From Felis catus (lineage: Eukaryota): 64,000 nt of DNA. Below are positions 49,761-62,970 of the stretch, one piece after another. The notes under the pieces are model-generated. The model saw only the letters and a program-made list of their open reading frames with translations. It was not told the origin of the DNA and ran no database searches. Each line of letters starts with the position of its first letter. Position 1 is the stretch's first letter. The position numbers and the translations under genes are program-made. The stretch is from assembly GCF_018350175.1 (NCBI RefSeq), contig NC_058368.1, positions 228,596,001 to 228,660,000 on the forward strand. The letters are read 5' to 3'.

Positions 49761-50982
49761 AAAAATGATAGTTTTCATAATACGGAAAGTAAAGCTAGAC
49801 AGAAATATTTTTTTCTGGCTGGGAGACACAGTGTAATGATTTGTAAGTGCAATCTTCATTAGAGTTATCAGAATATCCAGGCGTTGCTGGAGGAGGGCTG
49901 AGATGTCTAATTTATCACAAAAAAGGTAGATAGAAATGTTGAGAAACAGCGCGATATACAATGTTTAGGTTTTTAAAAATCACCCTTCTGTTCCTCTCTT
50001 TAAATAGCTTGTGCTGACACGTAATCATTTTGGCTAGGCAAAGAGTTCTTGGTCTGAAATAAATTTGGTTTTCCAGTGCCTAATATACCCTTGAGTGTCC
50101 TACACTGTTTTCTCTCAAGCGTTCGACAATGTGATGCCGGGTTCTTGCCACAGGATGCTCATTACTAATCACAGATTGTTTTAGTTTCTAGTTAACTTCA
50201 GAACAACTTCCCGACACAGTTACCTTGCATTTCAGCAAATTGGTGCGTTTTGTTTTCATTCTCTTTGGGAGTTGTGTTGCTTCCACTGAATTAGTGTTCC
50301 CTGTGAGCCGCAGAAATGGGAAGAACATCTAAAAATGTCTTCATAAGTAAAGTCCCTTTTTACACGCACTTCCTGAACCCTCAGTGCGATGGACCCTGCT
50401 CCTTTCTCTTGGCTTTTAACGGCTCCTTTAAGTACCACTGAATATTCCCCAGAGAGAAGTATCTCAGGCTCTTGTGATCCAATTATATATAGGTATATAC
50501 TCATGTGCAATGTCAGGTGAAGTACTATGGGAACTTTGTATTAAATTTAGGGTCCAGAATATAATCTTTGCTAAAGAGTAAGCAAAGAAGGTGATACAGA
50601 TAGAAGTATTTTTTTTTTATTATGATTGGACACAGACTAAATGTTTACTTGTATTATTTGTATTGGAAAATAGTTAGAAAATGCTAATTCAGCAGGCATT
50701 AAAATGATTTGTGCTTTTATTTGTGATTTCTATACTGAGGTTTAAACAATTCAGAATGTCTTATGTCTCAGTAAATCAATTATACCTATCTATAGCTGTA
50801 TAAAATTTACTTATATATATAATTTGCTTTGACAGCACACTTTATGCTATTTTTCAAATGGTATAACATTTGAAATTTTAATTTTTAAGCTGTTACATTG
50901 TACTTTTGCTAAAGTTAACTAGGTCAAAGAGGTACCTAAACTCTGTTATATACATCAATAAGGACATATTCAAATTAACTGA

Positions 50983-51175
50983 TTTTTTTAAAGTTTATTT
51001 CTTTATTTTGAGAAGGAGGGGGGGTGCAGAGAGAGAGAATCCCAAGCAGGCTCTGCACTGGCAGCTCAGAACCCGATGTGGGGCTCAGAGTGGGGTTCAA
51101 ACTCATGAACTATGAGATCATGACCTAAGCAGAAATCAAGAGTCCACGCTTAACCACTGAGCCACCCAGGCCCCC
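50983..51175 (-). mobile_element. CanSINE
   Basis: Antisense head. TSD aaattaact. Confidence 0.9.
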
Positions 51176-52151
51176 AAATTAACTAATATCTGAGATAGCT
51201 TTTGGTACATAGCTTTATTTACAAATTGGGTAGAGTTTATAATCCAAAAAATTGAGAGAATACTAGGGACAATGGGGAATTGTTTAGAACTAAACCCAAA
51301 CTCCCATTTTAATGACTCTTGTGGAACATTTATTGTGGTTTATAATTCTTATACCTATGTGAGACCTCTTTTCCTGTTTTCAAAGTCAGGTGAGGCATGA
51401 TTTGGAGCATATCTCTATAAGGATTTATTTTCATAATTTATTAAAATTTGATTTTAGGAGGTCAGGCTAAAAATGAATGCGGCCTAGAAGTCCAAATGTT
51501 CCATCTGGATTTGTCTGAAAAATGATATTGTTGATTATAATGCAAAAATTCTCAAAACATATATTGTGGTGAAGAAATGAACAACACGTATTCATTTTTA
51601 TCTTTCAACGCAATGTCATGCTATTAAATGAAAAAGCAGTACTAAGTAGCTTTGAAACTACCCTCTGAGTAACCTGATTTATTTTTTGGAGTCTCTACTT
51701 TAAAGAAGCATTAGAAAAGAGTGAAATTAACTTTGAAATAAAATATGGTACAGTAATACTCTCCATGCTCTTAGGTCAAAACGTCTGCATCTTGGGAGAC
51801 CAAAACAGGGAAGTGACATTCATCCTGGCATTTTGTAATATCAGAGCCTGCCAGAAACACCACCAGGGGTGCCTTTGCTGACACCATTTTGGTGGGTCTG
51901 GCTGGTGGTGACTCCCTAATAAACGTGTCAGGGTGATTAATGAACTCATTATTTTATCAAGATCAGGTTTTTTGGTCTAAGTAGCTACGGATGATCAAAG
52001 TGGTAATTTGAAGTTTTTTATTATGTGATTGGATAATTCCCATAAATTTTCAGTGATATCTGGAATTTTAACAATAGCACAAACTTTTGAAAACAACTTG
52101 TTTTTTAAACCAAATGTCCTCAATATTATCTTTATAAAATAAAAAAAAAAC

Positions 52152-52366
52152 TTTTTTATTATTTTTAATGTTTATTTATTTATTTATTTGAGAGAGAGAG
52201 CACAAGCAGGGGAGGGGCAGAGAAAGTGGGAGACACAGAATCCAAAGCAGGCTCCAGGCTCTGAGCTATCAGTGCAGAGTCCAATGTGGGGCTCAAACTC
52301 ACAAACAGTGAGATCATGACCTGAGCTGAAGTCAGATGCTTAACCGACTGAGCCACCCAGGCGCCC
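52152..52366 (-). mobile_element. CanSINE
   Basis: Antisense element ending ctgagccacccaggcgccc. Confidence 0.9.
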
Positions 52367-52982
52367 TCCTCCCACCAAAAAAAAATTCTTTAAGATTTGT
52401 AAAAGCTTTGAAGAAATACTTCTGTCCCATTTCCATTCTATGGGTGATTTAGAAACAAAGTAAACATGAGGGCTGGGGAAACTTATACAATTAATTTAGA
52501 CAGAGCTTATCGTTGTCTGTAAATGTGATCTGTTGGCCGCGGAGCCGTTCGCTGTGTCTCACCATCAGCAGGACCCTCGCTACTCCTTACTTCTCAATCC
52601 TGAGGACAAAACTCCAGGCGAGTGACTGCCTTGCTCGTTGGTTTCCTGATAGTGTCTCCCAATGGAAAGTGACAGCAGAAGAAAGGCAGTGGGGGCAGGA
52701 AGACATGTTACCTAGCTTCCGGACAGTGCCAGTGGCTTTGTCACAGGCAGAGCCACCACATGGCCACCGCAAGTGCCTCTGGTTGCAGAAGTGCCAACAA
52801 AAGTGGCTGTAGCTTCTCAGTCTGAAAGATCCAGCTCATTTGAAAACCCATTGGATTCAAACATTTAAAAAAAGCGGCCAGGTACCTCGTTCCTTGCAGT
52901 CATCGGTATTTGTCTCTGTCAGGGATCATTAAAAAAAAAAAAAAAAAAAAAAGCAGTCCTTAAAAATAATAATCAAACATCA

Positions 52983-53203
52983 GGGGTGCCTGGGTGGCTC
53001 AGTCGGTTAAGCCTCTAACTCTTGGTTTCAGCTCTGGTCTTGATCTCACAGTTTGTGAGTTCGAGTCTTGCATCGGCTCTTCACTGATAGCTCTGAGCCT
53101 ACTCGGTTGGGATCCTTTCCCTCTCTCTGCCCTTCCCCTTGCTTGCTCTCTCTCTCCTTCTCTCTCTCTCTCAAAATAAATAAACTTAAAAAAATTTAAA
53201 AAT
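52983..53203 (+). mobile_element. CanSINE
   Basis: ggggtgcctgggtggctcag head. TSD ataatcaaacatca. Confidence 0.95.
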
Positions 53204-53402
53204 ATAATCAAACATCAAAACCCACAACAAGACCGATTCCTTTTTAATTTACATATTTCCTATAAGGATGGGGAAAATTGGTTAAAATAAAGGATTGTTG
53301 TCAGTGGACTATTTTTTACAATATTAAATTAGCTTTAGCCCCCCTTGAGCATATAGCCTGCCCACCTGCCCCTTATTTTCTGCTTTCAATGGGAAAATTA
53401 CA

Positions 53403-53620
53403 GGGGCGCCTGGGTGGCTCAGTCAGTTACGCATCTGACTTCGGCTCAGGTCACAATCTCACGGCTGTAAGTTCAAGCCCTGCATTGGGCCATGTGCTGA
53501 CAACTCGGAGTCTGAAGGCTGTTTCAGATTCTGTGTCTCCCTCTCTCTCTCTCTCCCTCCCCTGCTCATGCTCTGTTTCTCTCTCTCTAAAAAATGAACA
53601 AACATTAAAAAAAAAAAAAA
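53403..53620 (+). mobile_element. CanSINE
   Basis: ggggcgcctgggtggctcag head. TSD aa(t/c)gggaaaattaca. Confidence 0.95.
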
Positions 53621-53954
53621 GAACGGGAAAATTACAGGAACTCTATGCATATGGAACAGAGATCAGTGGCAATCCAGTCCTTCTTCATATCATGAGATGG
53701 GTGGAATTTAAACCATCCTAGAACTAATGTTTCCATAATACGCTATAGGTTGTCAGTTGAAGGATTTTAAAGTGAAAGTTTCTAAAACATTTTAAGCACA
53801 CAGAGTGAACTGAAATACTAAACTTCTCAGAAGGTGAGGGTAGGCAAAGTTTTAGAATTTTTAAGACTAAATGCAGTGTAAGTAAAAATAAAAAAGAAAA
53901 AACAAAAAAAAAAAAAAGGAAAGAAAAGAAAAGAAAAAAAAAAAAGCTAAAATC

Positions 53955-54597
53955 TGTATTAGCTCCCTATTGCTACTCTGGTAAAGTGCTACAAACGTAG
54001 AGGCTTAAAATAATACAAATTTATTATCTTAAAGTTCTTTTTTAAAAAGTTTTATTTATTTTGAGAGGGAGAGAGCACATGTGAGTGGAAAGAGAGAGTC
54101 CCAAGCAGGCTCTGTGCTGTCCGCACAGAGCCAGGTACAGGGCTTGAACTCACCAACCATGAGATCTCACCTGAGCTGAAATCAAGAGTTGGATGCATAA
54201 CTGACTGATCCACCCAGGTGCCCCTATTTTCTTAAAGTTCTATAGGTCAGAAGTCAAACTTAGTTTCACTAGGCTAAACTTGAGGTGTTGGCAGACTTGA
54301 GTTTTTTCTGGGTGCTTTAGGAGGGTAAGAGACTTTCTGGCCTTTTCTGGCCTTTTGAGGCCACATGCCTTCCTTGGCTGGTGGCCTCTCCCTCCATCTT
54401 CAAAACAGGTAGCGGGGCATATTCTCTTTTCTCTGACCTCCTCCTTCCCTCTTATAAGCATTGTTGGGATGACATTGGCTACCAGATAGCCCAGGATGAT
54501 TTCCCATCTCAGGATACTTGCTTACTCGCATCTGCAATCCCTTTTGCCACATAAAGTAACATCCTCATAGGATCCAGGAATTAGAATGTGGAAATAA
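53955..54597 (-). mobile_element. MaLR LTR (MLT1D/C-like) containing a SINE
   Basis: tgtattagctccctattgct…ggcttaaaataatacaaatttattatctt…ccttttgccacataaagtaacat…ggaattagaatgtgga. Confidence 0.8.
54039..54224 (-). mobile_element. CanSINE
   Basis: TSD tatt(a/t)tcttaaagttct. Confidence 0.9.
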
Positions 54598-55173
54598 TAA
54601 GGTTTTTTGTTATGTTTTCTCAAAAGCATAATATGTTAACCGAATATTGAACCAAATAATAATGAAAGCATTTTAAAAATATTAAATTTTCAGGTCCTTG
54701 GTAGCAACTGATTATTCACTTTTCTTTAAACTTTTCCATATTTTATGTTTTTATATGTTATGCATGATATATTGGTTAGTAATATGTGATTTTTAAGGGA
54801 ATTTATGTGTATAATGGGCCCATTCTTGTGGCATGATCACTCAGTTACTCAATTACACCTAGGGGAAATTCCATCCGTAGATCAACACAGTTGTAACCCT
54901 AGAAATTCATCAGATGGCACCACCTCTTGGATTATAAGCAGAACAAAACAAAACAAAACACTCTCTTCATTTTAGCTTCATATATTCACTTACGGTGACC
55001 TAACGTATACTGTGGTAGCAAACATCACAATGATCTGTATAAACACAGTATATAATAAATACATTTATTCCTTGCTCATGTCAAGTTCATTACTGGCCAA
55101 GAGAGTTGATCTAGAGCTGTAATCTACTGCTTTGGTACAGTGGCACCTTCATTCCAGTATTTGCTTCCTTTGA

Positions 55174-55554
55174 TGTTAGAGACTGAATGTTTGTGTCCCC
55201 CCCACACACACCCTGAATTTCAAATGTGGAAGCCCTAAAACCCCAGTGTGGATTTGGAAATAGGGGCTTCGGGAGGTGGTTAGGTTTAGATGAGGTCATG
55301 AGGGACAGACCCCCCGATGGGATTAGTGCCCCTGTAAGAAGAGGAGGGGAGACCAGAGCTGCCTTTCTCTGCCATTTGAGAACACAGCAAGAAGGTGACT
55401 GTCATCACGCCAGGAAGAACATCCTTGCCAAGAATACGATCATGCTGGCCCTCTTATCTTGGACTTTCCAGCTTCTAAAACCATGAGAAATGTTTGTTTG
55501 TTTGAAACACCCTGTCTGTGGTATTCTGTTATAGTAGCCCAAGCTGGCCAAGGC
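55174..55554 (+). mobile_element. MaLR LTR (MLT1A-like)
   Basis: tgttagagactgaatgtttgtgtcccc…ggtttagatgaggtcatgaggg…tggtattctgttatagtagccc. Confidence 0.85.
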
Positions 55555-55877
55555 GCCTGGTCACTGGAGCAGTGAAAAAGAACACAGGGGACTGTATCCT
55601 GGTACCTCCCTTCTGTTCCTTTTCCTATCAGTAGACCCAGCCAAATGGGCATTCTTTGCTGAAGGTGGGCAAGGGAGTAAAATACTCTATGCTGAGAATT
55701 CAAGGAAAACAGATACAGGGAGCACTGCTCATGTTGCCATATTTTCTCAGATCGAAAAGGTCAAAGCCAGCATCACAGTAACAACCTTCCATAGCTTTCC
55801 AGGGCTATGAAAATGGAAAATCCTGTCAAAAGGTCACTGGTGAGAATGAAAATAGCTTGTATAGAAAAGATAATGCC

Positions 55878-56333
55878 TGTATTAGTTTCCTGTGGCTGCC
55901 CTAACAAATGACCACAAACGTGGTGGTTTAACACAGCAGAAACTCATTCTCTCAGAGTTCCAGAGACCAGAAGTCTGAAATCAAGGTATCGGAAGGCTCA
56001 CATTTCCTCCAAAGGCTCTGGGGTGAATTTTTCCTTGTCCCTCTTAGGTCTGGTAGTTCCAATGTTCTTTGGCTTGTGGCTGCATAACTCTGCCTCTGTC
56101 TTCACAGGGATTTTTTCTCTGTGTGTTTCTCGTCTCTCTTCTCTTACTAGGACACTGGCTATTGTAATAAGGACCTACTCAGGTATTCTGAAATGATCTT
56201 ATCTGGAGATTTTTAATTTAATCTAATTGTACCTACAAAGACCCTTTTCCACAATAAGGTCACATCCATAGGTTTTGGGTGGACATATATTTTTTTTGGC
56301 AGCGGGGGTGGTAACGTCATTTAATTCACTATA
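55878..56333 (-). mobile_element. MaLR LTR (MLT1C/B-like)
   Basis: tgtattagtttcctgtggctgcc…cagaagtctgaaatcaagg…aaagacccttttccacaataaggtcacat. Confidence 0.85.
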
Positions 56334-57559
56334 GTTACAAAACCAAGGGCTTTTAAAACAATGTTACAGGAACATTGGTCATCAATAGGTCAAGCCATGG
56401 TCATCAATTACCATTATTTCATATACTGAACAGATGTATTAGATTGCCAGCCCCTGTTTTATAGGAGAATTACATAACAAATTTCCCCTTCCTCAGTTAT
56501 ACATGTACAAATAAATGATTACTGGGCTCCCAGAGATGACACACTGCCATCAGTCATCTCTTTGTACCAGAGGCTGTCCAGACATAAACCTCTGAGAGTC
56601 CAAACTGAGAAAAAAGTTGAAAGTATTAGCACCATTTTAAGAAACCTTTTTGAACTCCATTCATAAGGCACCAGGCTAGGTACTCAGGACATAGTAAAAA
56701 ATGAGAATCTTTCTCTTCCACGTCTACTTAAAAAAATTGTTAGAGACATGACTTTGTTATGTAACTATGTTTAAAAAATAAAGGAAAAAAACCAGTGATA
56801 TTCAAAATCAAACAAGAGAGGGTCCATCATTTATTTCCTGTTTTTGAAAAAGGACCAAATATAATTTATCCTGAGAACTCTAAGAGATTTGAGAAAATTA
56901 TTCAAAAATATTTACTTTATCCTAAATATAGAAGAAAACTGTTTATACTAGTGACAGCAAAATTACTAAAGACTTTGAACTTGTTACATTTTTTTTCATT
57001 TCAGACTAGCAAAAACTCTTTTTTTTCTCTCTTAGTGACTAAATTAACTTCACAAGTTGGAGAAGTAAAAGTGACATTCCTAATTAGTCTGCCAGGTTTC
57101 TATCCCCAAACTAGGCTTATAGGTTAGGTAAATTTGAAACAAATGTATTTATATCACAATATGATTCCATCAACAAATTTCCAAGAAACGAAATGTATAG
57201 TGCTGATGAAATATCTGAAAAATGTGTGAATCATCCAAACAAGTCTTATTTTGCCTTCTAGATATTGGTCATAATATTCTTTTTTTAAAAAAAATCTTAA
57301 TTACCATTCAGATCTCTCCATTCTCACTTGTGAAAAGGTAAAGGTAAATACCAAGAAATATATGTAAGTCACAGGACTATGTATTGTCCTGTGAAAGGCT
57401 AAGGAACATTTTAGCCAATCTTAGGGTCTCCAATTGACAGGAACTACCCTGGGGTTTCCTAAGGACTTGGGGTTCTTAGGGTTCTGGCCTCACGAAGATT
57501 TTACTTTAGACTTTCCCTGCTAATTCAGTAGAGCAGATAGCAACTGGCTTTACCTTTAG

Positions 57560-57957
57560 CCCCACACTCTGTGACTTGGCTACTTCCGGACTTCCAGCAC
57601 CTACTTCTTTTTGTCTGAAGACTTTCTGTGGCTGTGGAAGAACCCTTTGGCATGCACGCATCTGGCTGGATGTGTTATAGACATAGCCCTTAAGCAATGA
57701 ACAGGAGATAGTGTGTGACTATCCTGGCTCTGTCACTCTCCCGATGGGATGGCCCTGTCTCCCATGTTTCCTCGGTGGGATTAAGCTCTGGTGAGCCACA
57801 GTAGGAGCTGGCTTTAAACCATCTACTTTATTGGCTTTCTCCTTCTTTGTCTGATTTTGCTTGTTTCCTTTTTAGTGTTTTCTTTACCTTCCAAATAACT
57901 GACATGCTCTCAAAACCTTATTTTAGGGACTACTTTTGGAGAATCCAAAAAGAGCCA
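57560..57957 (+). mobile_element. ERV-L LTR (LTR16-like) fragment
   Basis: ggtgggattaagctc…tttattggctttctccttc…accttccaaataact…ctcaaaaccttattttagggactacttttggagaatcc. Confidence 0.6.
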
Positions 57958-58273
57958 TGAAGGGAGCCCCGACTCTTCTCTCAGAACAGAGGCCCAATTT
58001 TGCCTGGAATTTTAAATCATGGGGTTTGACAGGTAACTCAGGTTGGAGGGACATTATTTAAATTAATAATAGGATTTTCTCTCTGGATTGAAAATTTGGT
58101 CTGAGAATCAGACACTTAGAATTTTAGAGCTGCAAGGTGTAGTCAAATCTTTTTATTGTACGCTCATGGAAATTGTTTTCTAGGGAAGCCAGGGGTATAA
58201 AATAGCGACAAGTCAGCATAAGAACTGAGAAGAATTAACTTAAAACATATAATTTGGTGTATATGGTAGCACT

Positions 58274-58485
58274 CTTTTTTTTTTTTTTTAATTTATTTTG
58301 AGAGACAAAGAAAGAGAGCACACTAGCAGGGGAGGGGCAGAGAGTGGGAGAGAGATAATCCCAACCAGGCTCCATACTGTTAGCATGGAGCCCGATGTGG
58401 GCTTGAATTCATGAACCCTGTGAGATCACGACCTAAGCCAAAATCAAGAGTCAGTGCTTAACTGACTGAGCCACGCAGGTGCCCC
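58274..58485 (-). mobile_element. CanSINE
   Basis: Antisense element ending ctgagccacgcaggtgcccc. Confidence 0.9.
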
Positions 58486-58994
58486 TATAATAGCATTTTT
58501 AATAGATACTATTCATATAGCTTTCTCCCCAGTTTTGTTTCTAGTACCTTCAAGGGTGTATGTGTGTATGTGTCTGTGTGCAAACTGTCAATATTTAAAG
58601 GTTGGACCTTACAGGCCAAATAATTAAAGTATTCAACCAAATTTTCCCCAGATACCCATGTCTAACAACTATACTTGAAAGTTCATCAGATGTCCACGTT
58701 TAACATTTCAGCGCAACAGCTGACCCAATCATCTGACCGAGCCCCACGTCCTGTTATGTTTCCCGTTGCTCTCTGCTTAGTATCTGTCCCCACTGCCATT
58801 GCCTAGGTAAGGCCATGGTTAAGCCTCTAATAAGTCCTCTTGCTCTCCATCTCACCTCTCTGAGCGATGCTGCACACAGCAGCCAGGGGTCAAATTTCAA
58901 GGGGTCAAATTCATGATATTTAGTTGCTTAATACCCTTCACTGGTTGTCCAGACTCAAGATAAAACATCAAATGCCTTGGTGTGGAAGTCAGAA

Positions 58995-58997
<3 letters not shown>

Positions 58998-59052
<55 letters not shown>
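58998..59052. repeat. (CT)n microsatellite
   Basis: Uninterrupted CT run. Confidence 0.95.
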
Positions 59053-59058
<6 letters not shown>

Positions 59059-59454
59059 CTCTTTGTGAGTTAATATAAGGTATGTGTGATGGATTAAATG
59101 GTTCCGAAGGAGGGACAGATGGATGAAACAGAAGAAGTGCTAATTGCAAGAGAGATATTTGAGAAAAAGTCCTAACAGAGTGAGTCCTGGAAGATGGCAA
59201 TTCTCACTCACCTTCAGTGTCTTATACATACTGTTCAAAATGCCTGAGAAAGGATCCACCCTTGCTTCACCCAGACGATTCTAAGTCATTACTCCTTGTC
59301 TCAGAGTTGAATGTTCTCTTCCCAGGAAACCCTTTCTGACGTTCAAAATGTGCCTGTGCCCTCAACCTTGTGTGCACCACGTCGCATGTGCTTATATGTT
59401 ATAATTTTATGCTGACTTCTCTGTGTGTCCCACTGTGAGCTCTCTAGCCTACCG

Positions 59455-60499
59455 TGCTGGAAGCCGAGCTCTCCCAGCCTGATGGCAAGGCCCGGGCTGT
59501 GGACGGATTGGTGACTGCAAGGCGGCCCGCCGACAGTGAAGCTTCTTGTACTCCCGCTTTTAGGTAATTTGGCCTGAATAAAAGTACCTGGGGTACTGTC
59601 TGTTGGGGAATTGACCTCAGCAGGCCCCCTGGGAAAAGAACCATTAAGGAAGAAAATAAGGTTCCACGAGAAATTGAGCGGCCTTACATTTAGCCCTTGC
59701 CTGTCTTATGGAGACTCCTCTGCTTACAGGAAGGATAACCTCATGCATTTGTCAGCAGAAGTGGCCAACAAAGGAGAGACATAGGGATTTGAAAGCCCTA
59801 CTCCGGCAACTAAGGAGTGTATCTCTGGGCACAGGTGACTTCAACCCCTAGGCCCACCTGGCCCCCCCGGAGGCATTTCAGATGATGACTGAACCTAGTC
59901 AGTTAAGCTACAGAATGGTCCATTAATTCCTAGGTGCACTGTCTCTCTGAGAATGTGTGAGGCATGCGTTTCTAAGGCTTTTTCGGCCCCTTCCTGGCAC
60001 CTCGGACCGAAGCCGACACATTGTTCTTCTGGCCTCATGTGGTTAGAAGGTCATGTCCCTGTAACTGTTCCACTTGAGGTGTTGAGGAATGGAGGGCCTT
60101 TCATGCGAACAGCAAAGCAAATGCTTTATAGACTATAGATCATTATAGATAAATGCAGATGCATAATGGAATAATGTAAGAAATTAATCAATAATCAAAG
60201 AGTATGCAGGAACATTATGAGAAAATTGCCATGTTATTTCTTAAAGGTTGTTTATACATAGGAACATTTTTAAAATTAATGTTAGAAAAACATGGATGAC
60301 GTATGCTACAAGGAAACCACTAGCAAATATAATGCCACGTTTGCTACAATAAATCGGCCAGATCAACTCACAGCGGTTGTCTGTGTCCATTTTTATTTTA
60401 GTTTTTTATTTTCTAGTTTTTTATTTTAGTTTTCTTTTATTTTCACCGATGCCGTCCTTCCTCGGGAACCCCTGGGCCTGGTGGAGCTGGACTCTGGAA
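59455..60499 (+). mobile_element. Solo LTR, betaretrovirus-like (class II), copy 2
   Basis: Colinear with 46511-47580. TSD ctacc(g/t) (59449-59454 / 60500-60505). Terminal CA reads AA. TATAAT at 60328-60333 and AATAAA at 60348-60353. Confidence 0.9.
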
Positions 60500-62747
60500 C
60501 TACCTGTAAGGACTAGGCTCTTCTCAGCATATGACCAGTGTGTGGTACATGGTAGATACAAAGTAAGTGTAATTGTTAATTAAATTCATACAGTAAGTAA
60601 TAGAAAAGATGCATGTGCTTGGTGATAGTAAGTGGTGGTGAGGAGTGCTTCTCATAAATTTAACCTACAAGGTAAAGATTGGCAATAAATGGTAGGATAG
60701 AGAGGGAGGAACATACATTAAAAAAAAAAAAAGTGAAAATAGATTTTCCAATCTTTCCAATATGGCTTCCTGGTCATATTGCGAGTATTCCGTCTCTGTT
60801 CCAAGCAAATCCCATTAAAAGAAATTTTGACTGTAGCAGAAGCAGCCTTAGGAAGTGGGGCAGTTCCTTTTCGAATTATACTGTTCAAAGCTTAATTATG
60901 AAAAGCAATTGTCCTTGGGAAAGGCAGCCGAGCTAGCTCAGCTGTCCTAACATGGTCTTTTGACCCCAGCCTCAGTGCAATTGCTTGGAACGTGTTGGTT
61001 TCTAATTACTGGCCATAGAAACATGCATTAGATGTCGATGAGAATTGCCAAGAATTGCTGTACACAACAGAAACCCAGATTCTTCCCCAGTGGTCAGCGC
61101 CCAGCAGCTGGGCTCAATTTTTCTATTTCAAGTTAGTAATGCCTGTAATTGCTGTGTGATTCTACGTGTGATTCTTCTTCCTTGTCAGAATCTCCATTTA
61201 CGGCTCCCATCAGAACCCTGAAGCTAGTAAATTCATGGGGATTGTTCCCGTGGTTTGTTTTGAAGTGGCAAGAATTATGAAAGCAATTCAGACTCTCTTT
61301 CTGGTTATTTTTCCTTCCTAGTGTTTAGTCTCCCTAACTTGAGCAACAGTTTAACATGATTGTGCAAGTCATGGAACCTCTGTCAGGGTCCCATAAACTT
61401 GAAATGGATGGTATCTATTATCAGAGACTCATACAGCTTTCATATTTTACTTTCTATATTGAGTGGCCAGTTATTACCCTTTTTATACCAAAATGGCTGC
61501 CTGTTAAACTGCCTAACACTCGCAAGAAAGCAAACACAACCAACATTCAATGTTTTACCATAAAAGCAAGAAATGGAAATGACCTTTCTGGTCAGTCTCT
61601 CTACCCCCTTGTCAAGTCCCCAGAGGAAGGATGCACTAAATGCTTCATGGTTTCTTGCTGGTGATGAATTAGAATGTCTCAAACTTCCCGTAGGACGCTG
61701 ACAGATGGAGTTCATCTGACACATGGTAGGTTACAAGGCATATGCTGCAAAGATAAGGGAGGCGAAGCCGAGAAAGACAATGTGAGTTTGATGGAATTTT
61801 AATAAAACATTGACGGTGTGGTGTTTTCTGAAACTCAACTTTTTTTTTTTTCAGTGCAATAAAATGCCTTAGCCTTCCTTTGCCTAACTCTATTTTTCCT
61901 CATAAAATATATTTAGACTTTGAGCTAGTGACAGGATTCGCGAAGACTTAGTTCTTTGAAAAACAATTCTGAAGGTGCCACTAAAGGACTGTTGAGTGAT
62001 TCTTCCCTCAGGGCATTTCACCAGTAAAGACTGCAGATTCATCTATTTGTCTGTTTGTTTGTTTCTAGTCCCTTCTGGTTAGAAAACAGAAACCAAATAA
62101 TCAGCAATAGTATTTACAATGGAAATAAAAGATGAGTGATGGCACAAGGTAGAAGTTTTGCATGAGACTACATGAGTACTGAAAGGAGGTTAATTTTTAT
62201 ACATGAGCTAAGATGTGAGGTGAGACAGGACAGGAAATAGAGAATGTATGCCATTTCAGGCACTTTAAACAATAATACATGTCGATTTTGACTCAGTTAT
62301 CTAAATATTTTAGTGGGAAATATACTTGGGGACCCACAAGATTTGAATAATGAAAATCGTTCTCTGTTTCATTATGTTAGCATAGACTTGCCTTGGTACA
62401 GTACTGCAGCCTGGGGAAAGCTTTCTCTCTTTTTATATATGATTTATGATGTATTGCTCATGGCTGAGGGTGACAATGGTGGTCAAAAGGGAAGTTTTTG
62501 AGTTAAACGAAGAAGGAAAGGAGAAAATGAATCCACTATCTCCACTTGTCTGAATTTCTAGTTCTGACAGAGTTGAGATACCCAGTCTGTTCAGAAAGGT
62601 CAAATATAGCATATTATGCTCTTTTAATTTTTTAACGGAGGCGATTTCTATCATGATGGTTTAAAATAACTTTGGATAAACTGGAATCAGAAATCATTAT
62701 AAGGCAGAAGAATAGAAGCCTTTAGTTATCACAGAGTTGGTTAGCTT

Positions 62748-62970
62748 AATTTTTTAATAATCTTTTTGATGTTTATTTATTTTTGAGAGAGAAGGAGACA
62801 GATCACAAGTAGGGGAGGGGCAGAGAGAGAGGGAAACGCAGAATCCAAAGCAGTCTCCAGGATCCGAGCTGTGAGCACAGAGCCTGATGTGGGGCTCGAA
62901 CTCAGGAGCTGTGAGATCATGACCTGAGCCGAAGTCTGACGCTCAACCGACTGAGCCACCCAGGTGCCCC
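62748..62970 (-). mobile_element. CanSINE
   Basis: TSD cagagttggttag (62732-62744 / 62971-62983). Confidence 0.95.

Larger units (their letters stand above)
58660..60600 (+). mobile_element. L2 relic fragments flanking LTR copy 2
   Basis: L2-like cacacagcagccagggg…ttgcttaatacccttcactgg…; ctcttcccaggaaaccctttctgac; 3' end tgtggtacatggtagatacaaagtaa lies after the LTR. Confidence 0.55.

Noticed and set aside
46511..60499. A single 14-kb provirus bounded by the two similar LTRs
   Set aside because: Each LTR has its own distinct TSD. I see no PBS/PPT or matching internal genes, and the interior consists of older host repeats.
11422..62959. Recurrent MAQSV…QVMIS…LEPASDSVSPSLS ORFs as a gene family
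   Set aside because: They are translations of CanSINE copies.
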